NCBI RefSeq assembly: GCF_018350175.1 | Contig: NC_058369.1 | Span: forward strand, 12,030,001-12,094,000 | Length of the DNA stretch: 64,000 nt | DNA from: Felis catus | Lineage: Eukaryota | Direction of reading: 5' to 3' | In this document: positions 59,301 through 64,000 of the stretch, piece by piece | Layout of the letters: each line of letters begins with the position of its first letter | How positions within the stretch are numbered: the stretch's first letter is position 1 | Position numbers and translations under genes: made by a program | The notes under the pieces: model-generated | Database searches by the model: none | The model's input: the letters and a program-made list of their open reading frames with translations, nothing else | Told to the model about the DNA's origin: nothing

Positions 59301-61255
59301 CCCCCACCTGGAGTGCTGGGTCTGGGCTGTTTGAAGGCTACACACAGTGGCTCTGGCCCTTGCCACGCGGCCTGCATGTAGCACCCCCTGTGGTGGGGCG
59401 GGGGCCAGAGTGATCTCAGGGACCCAGCGTGCCGAGTCTCTGTGTTGACAAATGGGACACCTGGCTCCTGGCCCACCACAGGCCCCCCGGCCATGGGAGC
59501 GGTGGCAGGGGTGGCCACACCGTCACAGCAGCAGTGAGGCCCCCTCGGGTGTCAGCCCATCAGGGCAGCTCCTGTCCCTGGCTGGGCCCCACCTGCACAG
59601 CTCCTCTGCGGGATGGAAAACCAAGACAGGAACCCAGAACACAAGGGATGACGATGCGGCCGGGGCACACCGGGAGCCCTGAGCCGTCGCCCCGCGTCTC
59701 CAGCCGGGTCTGTTATACATTCAGCAGACTCGCCCTGGGCAGGAGCGCCAGCTAAGCCACGGACTGGCTGCTGGGGGCCAGAGTGACCCAGGCCAGCCAG
59801 CCCTGCCCTCAGCCCAAGCCCGGGGTCAGGATGTGACGGGGCTTCCAAGGGGCTGCGGAGGGACGGGGGAGGTCGTCCAGGAACCCGGGCCCCTTGGCAT
59901 TCGTGACCCAGACGCTCTCGCGGATTTGAGGGGCAGCTGTGCTCTGCCAGGGGTGAGCCCCCGGGATTGACAGTGTTGCCGAGGGAGTGACCTGGAGGGG
60001 CTAGGGTCTGTCCCGCCCTCACCCCGCCTCCCCGCAGGTGGCAAGAGCAAGTCCGTGGAGCTGGAGGATGTGAAGTTCCACCAGTGTGTGCGACTCTCAC
60101 GCTTCGAGAACGACCGCACCATCTCCTTCATCCCCCCAGATGGCGAGTTCGAGCTCATGTCCTACCGCCTCAACACCCACGTGCGTGCGCCCGCCCTCCA
60201 CCGGGGCAGGCTTTCCTCCAGGGCAGCCCGCGGGAGGCTCCAGACAGGCTCCCGCCCCCTCCCTGCTGGGTGGGAACGGTCCCTGTCCCCGAGCTGACGC
60301 CCAGGGCACGAACAGCCCCCTACGGGCTGCCCGGCTCTGCGGAGCCGGTGTTTGACAGCTCGGGGCTCTGAACCGTTTGAGTGACCGGAGCCCTTTGGCC
60401 CTACTGCCCCCACTGCAGGCAGCCCCGGTGACGTGTTCTGCATTTTCAGAGGCCCCTCTGTCTGCGTGTCCATCTGGCCTGGCTGGGACTCGGGCGGTGG
60501 CTTGCTGGGCTCACGCCTGGCAGATGGTCCCTTGCCTCGGGCCTCAGTGTCCCCTCTGGGGGAAAGGTGTGAGTGCCGCGTTCGCTTTCCCCAACAGGTC
60601 AAGCCCTTGATATGGATCGAGTCCGTGATCGAAAAGCATTCCCACAGCCGCATCGAGTACATGATCAAGGTGCGTGCACACCCGGCACCCAACGTCAACC
60701 TGGGGACGAGGGCAGTGAGAGAGGGGGCTGTGGGTAGCCTCGCCGGCTCAGGGCTGGCTATCCAGGCCTAACCAGGCCTAACCAGGGCAGGGACACCGTG
60801 GGGCTCTATGACCCCTGTCCGGGGAGATCAGGCCTGTGGCTGAGGTCCGTGCTGCCTCACTGACCCAGAGGGGAGAATGGGGAGCCCTGAAGGCCAAGGG
60901 GACTGGAGGCTATAGGGAGGGTCTCAGGTGGCAGGAGGGTACGAGCTGAGCCTGGAGAACCGGGGTCAGCTTGATGGGGGGCCCCCGGGCCGGGCCAGGC
61001 CAGGGGGGTGGGGCCCTTGCCGGGGCAGGCCGGGTCGGGGCCGGGCCTTCTCACCTGTGCCTTCTGCAACCTTGGCTGCATCGGCCTCGTCTCCAGGCCA
61101 AGAGCCAGTTCAAGCGGCGGTCAACGGCCAACAACGTGGAGATCCACATCCCCGTGCCCAACGACGCCGACTCCCCCAAGTTCAAGACGACAGTGGGGAG
61201 TGTGAAGTGGGTCCCCGAGAACAGTGAGATCGTGTGGTCCATCAAGTCCTTCCCG
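38799..61255 (+). CDS. AP1M1: AP-1 complex subunit mu-1 (mu1A), exons 1-9, 3' partial; join(38799..38840,44525..44681,46604..46671,48220..48350,49064..49211,58789..58915,60038..60180,60598..60669,61097..61255)
   Basis: Spliced translation MSASAVYVLDLKGKVLICRNYRGDVDMSEVEHFMPILMEKEEEG..YELLDELMDFGYPQTTD..SWRSEGIKYRKNEVFLDVIE..DVKFHQCV..IVWSIKSFP matches recalled mu1A. 1047 nt (349 codons). The remaining exons lie beyond the window. Confidence 0.97.
38866..39059. promoter_or_regulatory. AP1M1: Cluster of four RFX X-box-like palindromes in AP1M1 intron 1
   Basis: GTTGCCAGGCAAC 38866-38878, GTTGCTTGGTAAC 38921-38933, GTTGCTAGGGTACC 39001-39014, GTTGCTAGGTAAC 39047-39059. Confidence 0.7.
43613..43824 (-). 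mobile_element. CAN-SINE (older)
   Basis: Antisense SINEC. Confidence 0.87.
43846..44062 (-). mobile_element. Young felid SINEC_Fc-type element with perfect 18-bp TSD
   Basis: TSD CTCTGGGTCTATTTAAAA at 43828-43845 and 44063-44080; CpGs retained; body GGCGCAGTCGGTTAAGCGTCCGACTTCAGCCAGGTCACGATCTCGCGGTCCGTGAG. Confidence 0.92.
44525..44681 (+). CDS. AP1M1: AP1M1 exon 2
   Basis: cctag| VLICRNYRGD..WIKHNNLY |GTATCCCTTT (U12 donor). Confidence 0.97.
44682..46603 (+). other. AP1M1: U12-type (minor spliceosome) GT-AG intron, AP1M1 intron 2
   Basis: 5'SS GTATCCCTTT; branch site TCCTTAAC 46580-46587; no polypyrimidine tract; 3'SS CAG 46601-46603. Confidence 0.9.
46604..46671 (+). CDS. AP1M1: AP1M1 exon 3
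   Basis: (L)VATSKKNACVSLVFSFLYKVVQ |gtgagt. Confidence 0.96.
48220..48350 (+). CDS. AP1M1: AP1M1 exon 4
   Basis: VFSEYFKELEEESIRDNFVIIYELLDELMDFGYPQTTDSKILQ |gtgagt. Confidence 0.97.
49064..49211 (+). CDS. AP1M1: AP1M1 exon 5
   Basis: YITQEGHKLETGAPRPPATVTNAVSWRSEGIKYRKNEVFLDVIESVNLL |gtaggg. Confidence 0.97.
49799..50200. mobile_element. Tigger-family (TcMar) DNA transposon remnant
   Basis: Left end cagtaggcccc; right end ggcatccactgggggtcttgga..gataagggggact resemble Tigger2/3-type TIRs. Confidence 0.55.
50205..56200 (-). mobile_element. Large degraded antisense L1 in AP1M1 intron 5, interrupted by CAN-SINEs (~50340-50556 -, 51681-51896 +, 51993-52196 +, 52298-52510 -, 53280-53522 -, 53646-53790 +, 54300-54408 -)
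   Basis: ORF 52570-52917 (-) reads IRNERGDISTDPADIKKTVREYY..DEVDQLL..LPKLTQDE..NPIT, a recognisable L1 ORF2p segment. L1 3' UTR motifs at 50205-51650. Several SINE TSDs, e.g. CTAGTTAGGTCATCTTT. Confidence 0.82.
58789..58915 (+). CDS. AP1M1: AP1M1 exon 6
   Basis: VSANGNVLRSEIVGSIKMRVFLSGMPELRLGLNDKVLFDNTG |gtgagt. Confidence 0.97.
60038..60180 (+). CDS. AP1M1: AP1M1 exon 7
   Basis: GKSKSVELEDVKFHQCVRLSRFENDRTISFIPPDGEFELMSYRLNTH |gtgcgt. Confidence 0.97.
60598..60669 (+). CDS. AP1M1: AP1M1 exon 8
   Basis: VKPLIWIESVIEKHSHSRIEYMIK |gtgcgt. Confidence 0.97.
61097..61255 (+). CDS. AP1M1: AP1M1 exon 9
   Basis: AKSQFKRRSTANNVEIHIPVPNDADSPKFKTTVGSVKWVPENSEIVWSIKSFP |gtgagc. Confidence 0.97.
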
Positions 61256-61849
61256 GTGAGCACCCTTCTCAGTGGGGTGCCCCTCGACTTCCTCCCACGC
61301 CCCGCCTGCCCCCTGTGCCCATCCCAGCACGCAGCGGCCTCAAAGCGGGGCACGGGGCCAGGATCCCCGCGGACGGAGAGCCGAGGGGCGGGCCAAGCGA
61401 GGAGGGAAAGCCGGAGCCGGCACGGGCAGCTTGTCCGAACAGCACCGTCTCCAGCGTCAGGGCAGCACCCCTGCCTCTCTCCCTCCCTCCTGCCCTCCCT
61501 CTGGCACTCCGGGTCAGAACTCCGCTTCCCTTGAGGGGAACAGATTGCCTCGAGGCCTGAGCAGTGTGGGTTTCGGGACTCCAGCACGAGCTCCGGGAAC
61601 GTAGAGCACTTCGTGCTGGCGCAGATGCCTGGCTTGTGGTCAGGGTTTTGAGCACTTGAGTCTGGGTTTGCAGCAGTGGCAGCCGGAGAGCCGGGAAGGG
61701 GGGTGTGCACCCCCGTGCTGTGCTGATTACGGCCCGTTGCCGTTTTCTCATCATGAACGAGACGAGACTCCTTTCCGTAAGCCTGGGGGCCGTTTGCATT
61801 TCTTTCTCTGGAAGTTACGGCAGCTGTCCCCTTCATTTCTCTGTCAGGT

Positions 61850-62720
61850 TTGGTCATTTTCTTCGTTTCTGAGAGCTCTTTTTATATGGGCAAGATTAAG
61901 CAAAGCTTTTTCTTTGATACGAGTTGCAAGAGGTTTTCCCTAGTTTGATGTTCTCTTTTGGCTTTGTTTCTGGTGGTTTTTGCTGTGTGACCTGTTTTCG
62001 TTTTTGAAAAAAATTTTATTTAGTTTGTGAGAGACAGGGGGGCACAGAGAGGGGGAGAGAATCCCAAACAGGCTGTGCAGTCAGCACGGAGCCCCCGGGG
62101 GGGCTCAGTCCCACGAACCGTGAGATCGTGACCTGAGCCAAAACCAAGAAAATGAAGCCGCTGTGTGACTTTTTCAGAATTGCTTCTTTGCTTTATGACT
62201 GTTGTTTAATGTAGTCAGATTTCGCAGTCCTTTCTTTTTATGGTGTCTGGACTGTAAGTCATACTTTGAAAGGCCTCACCTTTCCCAGATATAAAGGAAT
62301 TCACCCATATTTGCCTCTAGAATCTGTATAGTGGCATTTTTTTTAACCTTGGCTTTTAGGTCCTTTCAGAGCTAGGTCTGGTAAATGGGATGAGGTACGG
62401 GTCCAGTTTTGTCTTTTTCCAAATGGCTATCCAGTTTTCTAACATCATTTACTAAAAAGTCTTACCTGCCCCCAGTGGTTTTGAAATGCCATGTTTATCA
62501 AATATCAAATTTTCATATGGACATTCTGAATGTCCTGTTGTCTATCTGTCCATGCAGCGAGGCCACATTTTAACTCAGGGCTTTAGTCTATGTTTTAACA
62601 TCTGATGAGGCCAGGCCCACCTCCCCCCCGCAACCCCCCACATCCATCTCTTGTCTGTTTCCTGGTGATTCTTGCTTGTTTAGTTTTCCTTAATGAATTT
62701 TGGGATCTGTTTGTACTAAA
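61850..62720 (-). mobile_element. Old antisense L1 fragment with a truncated SINE (~62010-62150)
   Basis: L1-like text (ttttccaaatggctatccagttttctaacatcatttactaaaaag) and a partial SINEC body. Confidence 0.6.
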
Positions 62721-63069
62721 TACCAAAGTCAGTTAGAACACCTCTATGAGGCTTTGTCCTTTATGAGGACTTTGTCCTGTGTCCTTTTATGAGACTGACC
62801 TCTGTGTCAGTCTCACCTTTGTGCTTTTGGGGATGTTTGAATGTTTACCTTATGTACTTCACATAGCCTTTCCCTAGGTGTAAAAAAGTGCATTTATTGA
62901 AATACAACATGCAGAAAAGTACACAAATGGAATGTGAATGAGTCAATGAACTTCCTCGGGGGGAAACATCCATGTGTCTGGAACTAGATAAGAGCCACAG
63001 AACATCCCCTGCCCTCAGGAGCCTCCAGGGCTCATGACCAGTTGGCACATTTCTCATAAAGATGCTTTA

Positions 63070-63277
63070 AAAAATTTTTTTGTTATGTTTGTTTATTTTT
63101 AAGAGAGTGCAAGAGGGGGAGGGGCAGAGAGAGAGGGAGACACAGAACCCAAAGCAGGCTCCGGGCTCTGAGCTGTCAGCACAGAGCCCAACGTGGGGCT
63201 TGAACTCACATGAGTTCATGAGATCATGACCTGAGCTAAAGTCAGATGCTTCACCGACTGAGCCACCCAGGCGCCCC
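63070..63277 (-). mobile_element. CAN-SINE
   Basis: Antisense SINEC ending gagccacccaggcgcccc. Confidence 0.9.
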
Positions 63278-64000
63278 TCTTGTGAGGATGATTTTTAAGT
63301 CAGTGTGTCGGTGAGTGGGGTCTTCTCTCCCATTGTGTCTTCCAGCAGGTGGCTGATGTTTGTATGGTAGTTTTACGCCCTAGTTCCCTCCTGTATTTTT
63401 GGTGTATGGTAGTTTTTCTTTCAATTCCTGTGCATTTTCAGATACTCCTTCGTATCATTTACAACCAGATACGGTTTTCCCTTCTCTGCTGTTGTTGGGC
63501 ATTTGATGGCTCCGGCGTCTCCTTGCTTTGGCTGCTGTCTCCAGGGCCCGTAAGTGGAGGTGGAGAGTGACCTCTGGTCTTGGCCCCAGCTGGAGGCGCT
63601 GGGCGTCCTCCCCCCAAGTCTGACACCACGTGGGGCCGTGGACTCGATCCAGCCCTTACTTTGCTGTGTTTTCGGCACAAATGGGTAACAAATTCATCCA
63701 GGTGCCCCTTTGGTGTCTCAGTTCAGATCTGTTAACGGGTGGATCCCGAAACATGGCTGCCTTCCGGTAAGCTCCACCTGATCGGGCATATTTCCTTTTT
63801 AAAGCACCGTTGAACTGCGTTAACACTGTGCATAACCTTTGCACGCTGATGTTCGTAACCGAGGCTGACTTTTTTGGGGGCGCTCTCTGTTCTGCCTGTT
63901 TCGTAATTACCCCGTGCCCCATTTCCATGCCGCAGGGCAGTTTGAGGAGCCTGGATGTCGTCTGGTCTTGAGGTGGATAGAATTTGGCTGTGTGACCTTC

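Noticed and set aside
61051..61857. 268-aa minus-strand ORF over AP1M1 exon 9 and intron 9
   Set aside because: Antisense shadow in GC-rich sequence with no homology recognised.
1..64000. CRISPR arrays, rRNA, bona fide tRNA, snoRNA or miRNA genes, or a novel multi-gene system
   Set aside because: None recognisable. tRNA-like segments are SINE heads, and all coding signal is explained by four known genes. An Infernal/Rfam scan would be needed to exclude small ncRNAs.

Overview
This is mammalian euchromatin, felid by its SINEC_Fc-type CAN-SINEs, syntenic with the human 19p13.11 block RAB8A-HSH2D-CIB3-FAM32A-AP1M1. Three complete spliced genes and one partial gene can be built with consistent exon phases: HSH2D (+, 5 coding exons, 360 aa), CIB3 (-, 6 exons, 187 aa), FAM32A (+, 4 exons, 112 aa) and AP1M1 (+, exons 1-9, 349 codons, running off the window). 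The first ~530 nt are probably the RAB8A 3' UTR. The rest is intron or intergenic DNA full of CAN-SINEs, old L1/L2/MIR, MER/Tigger DNA transposons, MLT1 LTRs and microsatellites. I found no evidence of a new multi-gene system. The most notable details are a U12-type minor intron in AP1M1 with an adjacent G-quadruplex, four clustered RFX X-boxes in AP1M1 intron 1, a disabled counterpart of the human L1-derived 12-aa AP1M1 cassette exon, a microhomology-mediated templated inverted duplication inside an L1, and RUNX and IRF motifs upstream of HSH2D. Human comparisons and repeat subfamily names are from memory, not from a search.
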